NCBI GenBank assembly: GCA_963710605.1
Contig: CAVQBA010000007.1
Coordinates: forward strand, 96,001 to 160,000
Origin: an uncultured cyanobacterium
GTDB lineage: Bacteria > Cyanobacteriota > Cyanobacteriia > Cyanobacteriales > Cyanobacteriaceae
Reading direction: 5' to 3'
Length of the DNA stretch: 64,000 nt
The notes under the pieces are model-generated. The model saw nothing but the letters and a program-made list of their open reading frames with translations, had not been told where the DNA came from and searched no databases. How positions within the stretch are numbered: the first letter of the stretch is position 1; each line of letters begins with the position of its first letter. The position numbers were made by a program, and so were the translations under genes. Positions 17,827-28,236 of this stretch are shown here, piece by piece.

Positions 17827-19206
17827 GTGAACTACCTCAGCCTAAAGGCGTGAGGCTTCTTATCCAACAGATAGCGTAGTAGTGGTTTTCTTTCGTCCGC
17901 CTCTACTACGTCTTACATCTGGACAATAAGCTTTATCCCCCGTTCCAGAGGAAATAATTCGCATACCTTCATCTCTTATATTGATGGAGGCGTTTATGTC
18001 TCGATCGTGCTTTGTTTCACAACTATTACAAGTCCAGTGACGAATATCAAGGGGTAAACTGTCAACTATATTCAAGCAGTTAGAGCAAGTTTTAGAACTA
18101 GGGAAAAAGCGATCTATCTCTAGATATACTTTTCCTTCATCTTCTGCTTTGTACTTGAGCATTGTCATGAAACTACCCCATCCCACTTGAGAAATTGACT
18201 TACTTAGACAATGATTTTTGACCATACCTTTGATATTGAGATTTTCAACTACAATAACTTGGTTTTCGTTGACTATCTTGCGTGATAGTTTGTGCTGAAA
18301 ATCCTCTCGACAACGAGATATTTTATTGTGTACTTTGGCAACTTTAACCCGTGCTTTGTTGCGGTTATTGCTACCCTTTTGTTTACGTGATAACGCTTTT
18401 TGTTTCAGTGTTAGGTTACGCTCATGCTTTTCTAACCAACGAGGATTATCATATTTAGATCCCTCTGAGGTAATGCAAAAATGAGTCAATCCCATATCAA
18501 TACCAATCGCTTTCCCCTCAACTGATTGTTGAGGTTTTTCTTTGCCATCTTCAAATAAAACCGAAGCATAGTATTGACCAGCTTTATTCAAGCTGATAGT
18601 AACAGTTTTTATCTTACCTTCAATGGGACGATGTACTTTAGCATAAATTTCACCAAGTTTAGGAAACTTGAGATAATCATCAAGCACCTTTACATTTTGA
18701 GGATAAGACAATGACTGCTTACCATGTTTAGACTTGAATCTTGGAAAAGCCGATCGAGCTGAAGGCTCGGCGCCTGAAGGCGATCGTTTTTCAAAGAAGT
18801 TGATGAAAGCACGAGATAGATTTAGACATACTACTTGTAAACATTGAGAGTAAGTTTCGCCTAGCCACTCATGTTCTTTTTTGAGTTCTGGCAACTGTTT
18901 TTGTAGATCATAGCGAGATAACCCTTTACCAGTGCTTTTATAAGTCTCATTTGTCAAAGCCAAGAATCGGTTATGTAGCCAACGAGTACAACCAAACGCC
19001 TTTGATAACTGCGTTTTCTGTGGCTGTGTGGGATACAATCTTACTTTGACGACTTTTAGCATTATCACGTACTCAAGTTTACGATAAAATTATAACATAG
19101 ATTGTAAAATTTATCGCTCGTTGAGGGCTTCAATTTTACTTGAGGTGTCCATGTATCCCCATCCTAAAGGAGCGAGGATTTATTGCCCCTCAAACTCCCC
19201 GTCTCG
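17827..19206 (-). mobile_element. IS200/IS605-family element, tnpB only (IS1341-like)
   Basis: Right end ...GGTAGTTCAC with subterminal hairpin 17835-17855; left hairpin near 19160-19185; TTTAA just outside the left end; no tnpA. Confidence 0.8.
17860..19068 (-). CDS. tnpB: TnpB RNA-guided endonuclease
   Basis: RLYPT N-terminus, RuvC GIDMG / VVENL / DRDINA, CxxC-CxxC zinc ribbon. Confidence 0.95.
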   Translation of the reverse strand: MIMLKVVKVRLYPTQPQKTQLSKAFGCTRWLHNRFLALTNETYKSTGKGLSRYDLQKQLPELKKEHEWLGETYSQCLQVVCLNLSRAFINFFEKRSPSGAEPSARSAFPRFKSKHGKQSLSYPQNVKVLDDYLKFPKLGEIYAKVHRPIEGKIKTVTISLNKAGQYYASVLFEDGKEKPQQSVEGKAIGIDMGLTHFCITSEGSKYDNPRWLEKHERNLTLKQKALSRKQKGSNNRNKARVKVAKVHNKISRCREDFQHKLSRKIVNENQVIVVENLNIKGMVKNHCLSKSISQVGWGSFMTMLKYKAEDEGKVYLEIDRFFPSSKTCSNCLNIVDSLPLDIRHWTCNSCETKHDRDINASINIRDEGMRIISSGTGDKAYCPDVRRSRGGRKKTTTTLSVG

Positions 19207-19470
19207 TTAAATAAAAATTGGCGTAATGATTAAAATAACAAAATGATTTGAGCGTTATTGATTTGATCGAAAATAGAGCTAAACAGTATTAATAGCAACC
19301 GATCGTAACAAAGCTTAATCTAGTCAAATTCGGTTGAATAAAATTAGCTCAATTCAGATATGATCATTGTCTTAAAAGACTTAAGGTTGTATTTAGATCG
19401 ATATATTACGAAAACAAATATAATTAAAAAAAGTGGTAAGTGACATTATACCCACCAACAGAGAAAACTT

Positions 19471-22365
19471 ATGAGTCTCACCCATACTTTAGGTGTACTA
19501 ACAATATTAGTTGTCTGCCCGATACTGGGTTTAATTCCGCTTATTGATTGGTTAACCTACGCTATTAATGGTAAAGAGTTACGCAAATTAGGGACAGGAA
19601 ATGTTTCTGTTTCCGCTGCATTTTATCACGGAGGTAAACTAGCCGGTATCATGGCTGTTTTATCTGAAGCAGGAAAAGGAATTGCTTCTATCTTGTTAAC
19701 TAGAGTTTTCTTTCAGACTGGCTCAACTTGGGAAATAGTTGCTTTAATTGCTTTAGTGGTAGGAAGATATTGGGGTAGTAAAGGTAAAGCCGCTGGGGCG
19801 ACTAATGTAACATGGGGTATTTTATTTCATAACCCCATAGCCGGATTATTAATTGGTATTACAGGTGGAATCAGTTTTACTATTTGGCGAGAAAAACAAA
19901 TAGGTAGAATTAGTATTCTAATTTTGATGGTTGTTATTTTATCCGCTCAAAGAATTCATGATTTTACTTATTTTGTTAGTACGTGTGTCTTGGCAGGTTT
20001 ACTAATATGGATTTACAATCATATGAATGATGATTTGGAATTAGATTTGAACAAAGTGAATAGTGAGTCTAGTAAAATGTTTCGTTTTTTTCGTGGTGAT
20101 ACTGGCGTTCTTAGTTTAAATCAAAATTTGTCAGCGGAAAAAGTAGGTAATAAAGCGGCTAATTTGGCTTTACTTAAAAGGTGGGGTTATAATGTTCCTG
20201 ATGGTTGGGTAATTAAAGTAGGAGACGACTTTAATAAAATAACTAGTTTTTTGCAACCGAGCGAAAATGAGCCTTTAGTAGTACGCTCATCAGCTTTAGA
20301 AGAAGATACAATAAATGCTTCAGCGGCTGGTATTTATGATAGTTTTTTAGATATTAGTAATCCAGTTGATTTACAAAAAGCAATTTTTGATTGTTTTACT
20401 TCTTATGATAGTTCGATCGCTCTTGATTATCGACAACAAAAACAACAAGAAGATAAAGGTATTGCGGTTATTATCCAAAAACAAGTAAAAGGAACTTATT
20501 CAGGTGTAGCATTTAGTCGAGATCCTGTCAATCAATTAGAAGATTGTGTTTGTGTTGAAGCCGTTTCTGGGTTAGGATTACAATTAGTTTCAGGAGAAGT
20601 TACCCCAGAGCAATATCGTATTAGTATCCCCGAAATGACGATTCAAGGAGAAGGTGACACCCCTAAAGACGTATTAGTACAAATTGCTCAAATTGCCAGA
20701 GAAGTAGAGCAAGTTTGTCAAGGTATTCCTCAAGATTTGGAATGGAGTTATGATGGTGATAAATTATGGCTATTACAAACTCGTCCGATAACCAATCTGC
20801 AACCTTTATGGACAAGAAAAATTGCTTCTGAGGTGATACCGGGGGTAATTTGCCCTTTAACATGGTCGATTAATAAGCCTTTAACCTGCGGTGTTTGGGG
20901 TGAAATATTTACCATAGTTTTAGGCAAAAAAGCTCAAAATTTAGATTTTACTAAAACGGCTACTTTACACTATCATCGAGCTTATTTTAATGCCACTTTG
21001 TTAGGCAATATATTTTTATTAATGGGTTTACCCCCAGAGAGTTTAGAGTTTCTTACTCGTGGAAGTAAATTTACTAAACCTCCTTGGAAAAGTACTTTAA
21101 TTAATTTACCTGGTTTAGCGAGATTATTACAAAAAGAATGGGATTTAGAACTTAATTTTAAAGCTGATAACGATCGTTATTTTGCTCCCCTTTTAGATGA
21201 GTTAAATGAAAGTTGCTCTACTATTGATAAACTTTCTAATCAAGAAAAATTCAACCAAATAAACAATATTTTAGCTAGTCTTAAGCAAGTTACTTTTTAT
21301 AATATTTTAGCCCCCTTAAGCTTTAGTTTAAGACAAACATTGTTACAAGTAGATCCTAATGATTTAAACTATCAAAATATTCCTGAAATAGCTTCGGTTA
21401 AAGAATTAGAAAATATCGCAATTGATACTCGTAATTTGCTATCAGAGCAAGAATTAGCGAATATCGATCCTAATAATTATGCCGCATTTTTTACCTATTT
21501 GTCAGAATCTACTGAAAAACAATCAATCTTAGATAGATTTAAAAACTGGTTAGAAAATTACGGCTATTTAAGTAAAGTTGCTACAGATATTAGTGTACCT
21601 CGTTGGCAAGAAGAACCTAAAAATATGAAGATGATGTTTACTAAATTTGTAGCTCAAAATCAAACTTTAGCGTCTAAAAATAAACCTAATATATCCTCTG
21701 GTATTCGGCTTAAAGCAGTTCAACATCGATTAAATACGAAAGGTAAAGTCAATGAAATCTATTCTCAATTGTTAGCTCATTTACGTTACCATTTTATTAG
21801 TATTGAGAAAAAATTTTTACAAGATCATATCTTAGAAAATGAAGGCGATATTTTTTTCTTACGATTTGCTGAAATAGCTGAATATATCCAAAACAAAAAG
21901 TCAGCTACCCAACTACAACAAATAGTTAAAACTAGATATCTACAATGGCAAGAGAGTGATAAAATCAGCCAAATTCCTTATTTAATTTATGGGAATGCAC
22001 CACAAATAGATTTTAATCTTTCATTTACTACTTTAACTTCTAAAGAGCGTTTGACAGGTATCGCCGCTAGTGCAGGAATAGTTGAAGGTAAAATTAGAAT
22101 TGTGACAACTCTAGCAGAAGCGATCGATATAGATTCACAAGTTATTATAGTAGTACCATTTACTGATTCAGGATGGTCAACTATTCTTTCTCAAGCAGGA
22201 GGGTTAATCTCTGAAGTAGGAGGAAAATTATCTCATGGTGCAATTATTGCTAGAGAATATCAAATTCCGGCAGTGATGGATATTAATCATGCTACTCAGA
22301 TTTTTTCTAATGGTCAATTAGTTCGTCTTAATGGTAGTACGGGAGTTATCGAAATTTTAAATTAA
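19471..22365 (+). CDS. PlsY-like acyltransferase fused to PEP/pyruvate-binding and phosphohistidine domains
   Basis: LRKLGTGNVS with TM helices; VRSSALEED, LLQTRPIT; GGKLSHGAIIARE. Confidence 0.85.
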   Translation: MSLTHTLGVLTILVVCPILGLIPLIDWLTYAINGKELRKLGTGNVSVSAAFYHGGKLAGIMAVLSEAGKGIASILLTRVFFQTGSTWEIVALIALVVGRYWGSKGKAAGATNVTWGILFHNPIAGLLIGITGGISFTIWREKQIGRISILILMVVILSAQRIHDFTYFVSTCVLAGLLIWIYNHMNDDLELDLNKVNSESSKMFRFFRGDTGVLSLNQNLSAEKVGNKAANLALLKRWGYNVPDGWVIKVGDDFNKITSFLQPSENEPLVVRSSALEEDTINASAAGIYDSFLDISNPVDLQKAIFDCFTSYDSSIALDYRQQKQQEDKGIAVIIQKQVKGTYSGVAFSRDPVNQLEDCVCVEAVSGLGLQLVSGEVTPEQYRISIPEMTIQGEGDTPKDVLVQIAQIAREVEQVCQGIPQDLEWSYDGDKLWLLQTRPITNLQPLWTRKIASEVIPGVICPLTWSINKPLTCGVWGEIFTIVLGKKAQNLDFTKTATLHYHRAYFNATLLGNIFLLMGLPPESLEFLTRGSKFTKPPWKSTLINLPGLARLLQKEWDLELNFKADNDRYFAPLLDELNESCSTIDKLSNQEKFNQINNILASLKQVTFYNILAPLSFSLRQTLLQVDPNDLNYQNIPEIASVKELENIAIDTRNLLSEQELANIDPNNYAAFFTYLSESTEKQSILDRFKNWLENYGYLSKVATDISVPRWQEEPKNMKMMFTKFVAQNQTLASKNKPNISSGIRLKAVQHRLNTKGKVNEIYSQLLAHLRYHFISIEKKFLQDHILENEGDIFFLRFAEIAEYIQNKKSATQLQQIVKTRYLQWQESDKISQIPYLIYGNAPQIDFNLSFTTLTSKERLTGIAASAGIVEGKIRIVTTLAEAIDIDSQVIIVVPFTDSGWSTILSQAGGLISEVGGKLSHGAIIAREYQIPAVMDINHATQIFSNGQLVRLNGSTGVIEILN

Positions 22366-23101
22366 AAAATGTAGTTGGCAGATTCGATTAAAGTTTTCTT
22401 TTTTATTTTTAGTCCGTTTGAGTAATTGACTGATTAATTTCTTGATTTAATTTATCAAAAATAGCTCTTTATTTTTTTAGAGTATAGATTAGTCAATAGT
22501 TCGTTTTTAATTAATTATAACTAAAGCAAAAAAAGCGAATATCTCCAAATGAATTAGTCATCTAAAAAGTTAAAATCAGTTTAATACGTTAGGCTTTAAA
22601 TATCACTATATTATTTATATTTATTATCTAATCACAACAGTATTTGTCGATAATAATTATTTATTAAAGTTTATTTAATTAAAACAAATCTTTGTAAAAA
22701 AAATAAAAGATAGTTTAAATGTATTGTCAAAAATAAAATAGATATAACTACACAAGTTGATAAAAATCGATCGTATTGTTAGAGTCTTAAAATTTAGGCT
22801 TAATTTATAATATTTTATTTTTGTTTTTTACTTACTAACCTATTAATAATTACTTGGTCAAAACACGATACTTTTTCAATTATTAATGTATGTTAAGAGA
22901 ATTATGAGCGTATAATATGAAAGATTAAAAATATGCTATCAAGTAAAAAATAGAGATGAGCAAAAATATAAATTTAATTACAAGTTACGATCGATCGATT
23001 CTAAAAATAAAGAAGAAATGAAAGAGTGGAAAAAGTTGAGCAAAAAATAGCTAAAAGTTGTAATTAATTGGATTTTAGTAATATAAAGGAATAAAAACTC
23101 A

Positions 23102-23896
23102 ATGGATGAAAGACAACCATTAATTGAATTAAGAGGAGTTAGTAAATCTTATGGCAATCGTTCTATTTTAACTAAAGCCAATCTGAAAGTATATCAAGGC
23201 GATGCACTAGTTGTTATTGGCCCTAGTGGTACAGGAAAATCAACTATTCTTAGATTAATTGCTGGTTTGACCGAACCAGATGAAGGTGAAATCTATGTTA
23301 AAGGAATAAGAAGACTAGGCTCGATCGAAGACTATGATGATCCATTAAACATTAGTATGGTATTTCAACAAGCCGCTTTATTTGATTCTTTAAGCGTCAG
23401 AGAAAATATCGCTTTTTCTTTATACCAAAAACGATCGAATTTATCTCAAGAGCAAATTATCCAGATAGTTGATGACAGTCTAGAAAGAGTTGGTTTACCT
23501 AATAAAGTAGCCGATTTATTTCCTGCGGAATTATCAGGAGGTATGCGTAAAAAAGTGAGCTTTGCTCGTGCGGTAGTCTTTAATCCTCAAAAACCAGAAG
23601 AGCGTCCTGAGATAATATTGTATGATGAACCAACAGCAGGATTAGATCCGATTGCTTCAACGGTGGTAGAAGACTTAGTTAAAAGTATTCAATCTTCTTT
23701 TGCTGATTCTAGTACTTATGTTATGGTAAGTCATCAAGATAGTACAATTCGTCGCACAGGCGATCGATTAGTTTTTTTATATGATGGCAACGTACAATGG
23801 GAAGGAAATGTTAGTCAAATTGATCATACAGAGAATCAATTAGTAAGACAGTTTTTTAGTGCCAGTATCAATGGACCAATTCAAGTGATTAATTAA
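23102..23896 (+). CDS. mlaF: MlaF/TGD3-type ABC ATPase
   Basis: GPSGTGKS, LSGGM, LYDEPTAGLDP; adjacent to MCE gene. Confidence 0.85.
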   Translation: MDERQPLIELRGVSKSYGNRSILTKANLKVYQGDALVVIGPSGTGKSTILRLIAGLTEPDEGEIYVKGIRRLGSIEDYDDPLNISMVFQQAALFDSLSVRENIAFSLYQKRSNLSQEQIIQIVDDSLERVGLPNKVADLFPAELSGGMRKKVSFARAVVFNPQKPEERPEIILYDEPTAGLDPIASTVVEDLVKSIQSSFADSSTYVMVSHQDSTIRRTGDRLVFLYDGNVQWEGNVSQIDHTENQLVRQFFSASINGPIQVIN

Positions 23897-23919
23897 GTAA
23901 TAAAATTGAGGATGAGAAT

Positions 23920-25284
23920 ATGTTTCGTTCACGGTCAAAACAAGAAAGCCTTGTGGGACTATTTATTTTACTCGGTATCGTTTTGTTTGGCGGGATTATT
24001 TTTTTTCTCAGAGGTAGCTCTTTTCAAGATAAAAATTATCAACTCAAATTATTATTTAACGATGCAGGAGGATTAAGAGAAGGGGCAAAAGTATATTATC
24101 GTGGTGTCGCTGTCGGTAAAATTACTTCGATCGATCCTAGCAGTAATGGTGTCGAGGTATCCACCGAAATTGATGGTGATTTACTTATACCTAAAGATGT
24201 TAAAGTTACCACTCTACGTACGGGTTTATTAGGAGATGTAAGCATCAATATTGTTCCTCAGCGTAATTTAGATTCTCTACCGACCAAAATTGAACCACAA
24301 GACACTGAATGTAGCCAACAAAATTTAATTCTGTGTGATAGTGAACAAATAAACGCCAAATCTACACCTGATTTATTTGAAAGTTTAGCCGTGATTACCG
24401 AACGTCTTAATAATGATCAATTTTTTGAGATGATTGATAGTACTTTAGTTAATGTTAATGAAACTACACTAAAAATAGCATTACTAAGCGATCAATTAAC
24501 AGGTACTGTAGTTGAACTAAGAAAAGAATTAAATACCTTTGTTGATACCACCGAAAAAATTGGTAATACTGCCGATAAGATTGGTAATAGTGCCGAGATT
24601 GTTAATGGTACAGTTCAAAAGTTTGGTAATACCGCCGATTCTTTAGCTCGCACCGCTGATGTGGCTACACTCCAAATTGATAGTTTGAGTAATAGTTATC
24701 GTGATACAGCGATCGAACTCAACTCACTTGCGAGTAATCTTAATCGACTTATTGACGATAATAAAACTAACTTCAGTGGAGCGATCGATAATTTTACCCT
24801 CACCACCAACGAAATTAATAAACTAATTAGTAAAACCGATTTGCTACTAGCGGAAGTATCCACCGACGATGTAGGTAAAATTAGTAAAAACATCAGTGAA
24901 ACAAGCGACAATCTTAGTCAAATCAGTCAAGACTTACGAGCTTTATCAGCAGAATTAAATAACCCAACTAATTTAGTTACCCTACAACAAACCTTAGATT
25001 CAGCCAGAGTAACTTTCGCCAATACAGCTAAAATCACCTCTGATATAGACGAGTTTACAGGAGATCCAGAATTTAGAAATAACTTACGAAAACTAGTTGA
25101 TGGTTTAGGCAATCTAGTCTCTTATACCGATGTGCTAGAAAAACAAATAGAATTAGCCAAACTACTAGAAGAAGTAGAAAAAATTACTCCTAAGGAAAAC
25201 TTGACGATTAAAAATAAATCAAGCAAATTCCCAACCGCTTTTTCTGGGGATAAGACAAATTCTAAATTTGAAAATCAAAACTAA
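23920..25284 (+). CDS. mlaD: MlaD/MCE-family lipid-binding protein
   Basis: N-terminal TM, GLREGAKVYYRGVAVG MCE motif, long helical tail. Confidence 0.85.
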   Translation: MFRSRSKQESLVGLFILLGIVLFGGIIFFLRGSSFQDKNYQLKLLFNDAGGLREGAKVYYRGVAVGKITSIDPSSNGVEVSTEIDGDLLIPKDVKVTTLRTGLLGDVSINIVPQRNLDSLPTKIEPQDTECSQQNLILCDSEQINAKSTPDLFESLAVITERLNNDQFFEMIDSTLVNVNETTLKIALLSDQLTGTVVELRKELNTFVDTTEKIGNTADKIGNSAEIVNGTVQKFGNTADSLARTADVATLQIDSLSNSYRDTAIELNSLASNLNRLIDDNKTNFSGAIDNFTLTTNEINKLISKTDLLLAEVSTDDVGKISKNISETSDNLSQISQDLRALSAELNNPTNLVTLQQTLDSARVTFANTAKITSDIDEFTGDPEFRNNLRKLVDGLGNLVSYTDVLEKQIELAKLLEEVEKITPKENLTIKNKSSKFPTAFSGDKTNSKFENQN

Positions 25285-25320
25285 ACGATCGTAATTTAAA
25301 AGCCTTGTAGTAAGTAGTAA

Positions 25321-25681
25321 GTAGGTTGGGTTAAGCCCCAAAAATATATAGTCAAAAATTATAACTTCAAATAAAGCGAAACCCAACGGTTAAAAACATT
25401 TTCAGCTAGAGAAAGTCCTCGCCTCATCTTTATTTGACCGAAATATTTAGAAAATAATTAGCTTTTAGCTGTTATCTTATTACTCTTTACTTGTTACTCC
25501 TTACTCATTACTCATTATTATCAATGTGATTGGGTGTTGGGTTTCGCCTTTATTTTATCGATCGAATGTATATTGAGCTTTTCGTAGCTTAACCCAACCT
25601 ACTTGATCTAGCTCATCATTAATACATTTACATTTTTCTCTGATTGAATGTTGGGTTTCGCCTTTATTTTATCGATCGAAT
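25321..25681. repeat. GTAG-type REP doublet (REPIN-like) plus a partial third copy
   Basis: GTAGGTTGGGTTAAGC(25321) inverted to GCTTAACCCAACCTAC(ends 25602); GTTGGGTTTCGCCTTTATTTTATCGATCGAAT present twice. Confidence 0.75.
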
Positions 25682-25950
25682 ATTGCGTTTACAACTGTAA
25701 CCACAGTAATAATCTTGTTCTCCCCAGAATTGGGAGGCTAAGGGGGCAATTTTAGCCAACAGGTAAAAGCTAAAAGCTCACAGCTAAAAACCATCACAAA
25801 ACTTAACACTATTCATCGTCAGCAAAAAATATTGCTAGATTGTTGAGAGAAGGTAAATATTTAGAAATTTATGCTGAAAAATCATTAATATTGAAATAAC
25901 AGACATCAACTAAATAGTTTACTCGCATTTATTCAACGACTCGATTAGAA

Positions 25951-27549
25951 ATGGACTTAACAAACTTTCCTTGGCTAACGACAATTATTCTTTTACCAGT
26001 CTTATCATCTTTGGTTGTCTTCGTAATACCTGATAAAAATGGTAAAAACGTTAGATGGTTCGCTTTGACAATTGGTTTAATTGATTTTGTCTTAATAGTC
26101 TATGCCTTTTATCAAGGTTATGATTTAAGCAATCCTAATCTACAATTAGTAGAAAGCTATACTTGGATACCCGGAATTGATCTTAAATGGTCAGTTGGTG
26201 CTGATGGTTTATCAATGCCTCTAATCATTCTCACAGGCTTTATCTCGACTCTGGCTATTATGGCGGCATGGCCGGTTACCTTCAAGCCTAGATTATTTTA
26301 CTTCTTGATGTTAGCGATGTATGGCGGACAAATTGCTGTATTTGCTGTCCAAGATATGCTACTTTTCTTCCTCGTTTGGGAATTAGAATTAGTACCCGTT
26401 TATCTCATCCTATCTATTTGGGGCGGTAAGAAACGTTTGTATGCGGCGACCAAATTTATCCTTTATACCGCTGGAGGTTCTTTATTTATCCTTGTAGCCG
26501 CCTTAACGATGGCTTTTTATGGTGATACCGTTACTTTTGATATGACGACGATAGCGAGTAAGGATATTAGTATGAACTTACAGTTGTTACTCTACGGCGG
26601 TTTACTAATTGCTTACGGTGTCAAGTTACCTATCTTTCCCCTACATACATGGTTGCCTGATGCCCACGGAGAAGCTACTGCACCCGCCCATATGCTTTTA
26701 GCTGGTATTCTACTTAAAATGGGTGGTTATGCTTTAATTCGGATGAATGCAGGTATGTTACCTGATGCCCATAGTGTTTTTGCTCCTATTCTGATAATTT
26801 TGGGGGTAGTTAATATCATCTATGCCGCCTTCACCTCTTTTGCTCAAAGGAATCTCAAACGAAAAATTGCCTACTCCTCAATTTCTCACATGGGTTTTGT
26901 TTTAATCGGTATGGCTTCTTATACTGATGTTGGTATGAGTGGAGCGATGTTACAAATGATTTCTCATGGTTTGATCGGTGCGAGTCTTTTCTTTATGGTA
27001 GGGGCAACATACGATCGAACTCATACTCTTATGTTAGATGAAATGGGAGGAGTCGGGCAAAAGATGAAGAAAATGTTTGCGATGTGGACAACCTGCTCGA
27101 TGGCATCTTTGGCTTTACCTGGTATGAGTGGTTTTGTCGCCGAATTAATGGTATTTATCGGTTTTGCGACTAGTGATGCTTATAATTCTACTTTCAAAAT
27201 TATCATGGTTTCTTTAGCGGCTGTCGGTGTCATTTTAACTCCGATATATCTACTCTCTATGTTAAGAGAATTATTATACGGCCCAGAAAACAAAGAATTA
27301 GTTTCTCATAGTAATTTAATTGATGCTGAGCCTAGAGAAGTCTTTATTATCGCTTGTTTATTAATACCTATTATTGGTATTGGTTTGTATCCTAAAATCG
27401 TAACGCAAATTTATGATTCAACGATTCATCAGTTAACAGGGGTACTTCGAGATTCTGTACCTAGCTTACAGCAAGCGGCTACTCTTCCAGAGGTAGATCA
27501 AGATTATAATACTCAATTTGTTGCTTTAAAAGCACCTTCTATTAACTAA
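25951..27549 (+). CDS. ndhD: NAD(P)H-quinone oxidoreductase subunit 4 (NdhD1-type)
   Basis: FPWLT start, [20 protein letters not shown]. Confidence 0.95.
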   Translation: MDLTNFPWLTTIILLPVLSSLVVFVIPDKNGKNVRWFALTIGLIDFVLIVYAFYQGYDLSNPNLQLVESYTWIPGIDLKWSVGADGLSMPLIILTGFISTLAIMAAWPVTFKPRLFYFLMLAMYGGQIAVFAVQDMLLFFLVWELELVPVYLILSIWGGKKRLYAATKFILYTAGGSLFILVAALTMAFYGDTVTFDMTTIASKDISMNLQLLLYGGLLIAYGVKLPIFPLHTWLPDAHGEATAPAHMLLAGILLKMGGYALIRMNAGMLPDAHSVFAPILIILGVVNIIYAAFTSFAQRNLKRKIAYSSISHMGFVLIGMASYTDVGMSGAMLQMISHGLIGASLFFMVGATYDRTHTLMLDEMGGVGQKMKKMFAMWTTCSMASLALPGMSGFVAELMVFIGFATSDAYNSTFKIIMVSLAAVGVILTPIYLLSMLRELLYGPENKELVSHSNLIDAEPREVFIIACLLIPIIGIGLYPKIVTQIYDSTIHQLTGVLRDSVPSLQQAATLPEVDQDYNTQFVALKAPSIN

Positions 27550-27763
27550 TTAACCTCCGAAAAATATCTTAGTTTTTTGAAAAGGCAATATTAGTTATAA
27601 CAAGAAAATAAAAATCATTCATACTTAATTTAAGTTGACAGTTAATTATCAAATTTGTCAGTCTCTAGACTACAAGTAATTAACTCTCAGCTTTTTTTAA
27701 TCGGTAAATACGACGGATATAGTCGTTTAAAATAAGGATGAGACAATTTTGAAGATTAAATTT

Positions 27764-27816
27764 AAGTTTAATTTATTAAACGGTATCTATTAGCCTTGTA
27801 ATTGATTACAAGGTGG
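27764..27816 (-). repeat. 53-bp double-hairpin dispersed repeat, copy 1
   Basis: Reverse complement matches 34987-35039 and 58106-58158. Confidence 0.75.
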
Positions 27817-28236
27817 GGGAAAAATTCAAGTTTAAAATATAATTAATACTGTCTCAATTTTAATTTAAATTACTATAATCAACAATTGACACTTAATCTC
27901 TAATCTCTAATTGCCAATTCCTCATTCTTCAATTATTGTCTGTTGCGAATAATACTTAAACATTTTAGAATAAGTTTTAGTTATCATAAGAAGACACAGT
28001 CATTATCACAATAGAGAAAGTAGATTAGTTGTGATTATTATCTAATTTGATAATTTATTATTCTATTACTGCTTGTACAAGCTTTTTGAGCTTTGTTATA
28101 AAACAGATAGCAGTTAACAATTTGCGATCGTCTGTTCAACTTTTGTCCTAAAAAATAATGTTGTTCTCGTGGAGTGATAGCGAACAAGTGTAGAGAAAAA
28201 ACTTACATTTAATCCTTAACTTAACTCTATTTCTAA

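Noticed and set aside
22366-23101. Long very AT-rich intergenic region as hidden gene or ncRNA
   Set aside because: No ORF, repeat or stable structure that I could support
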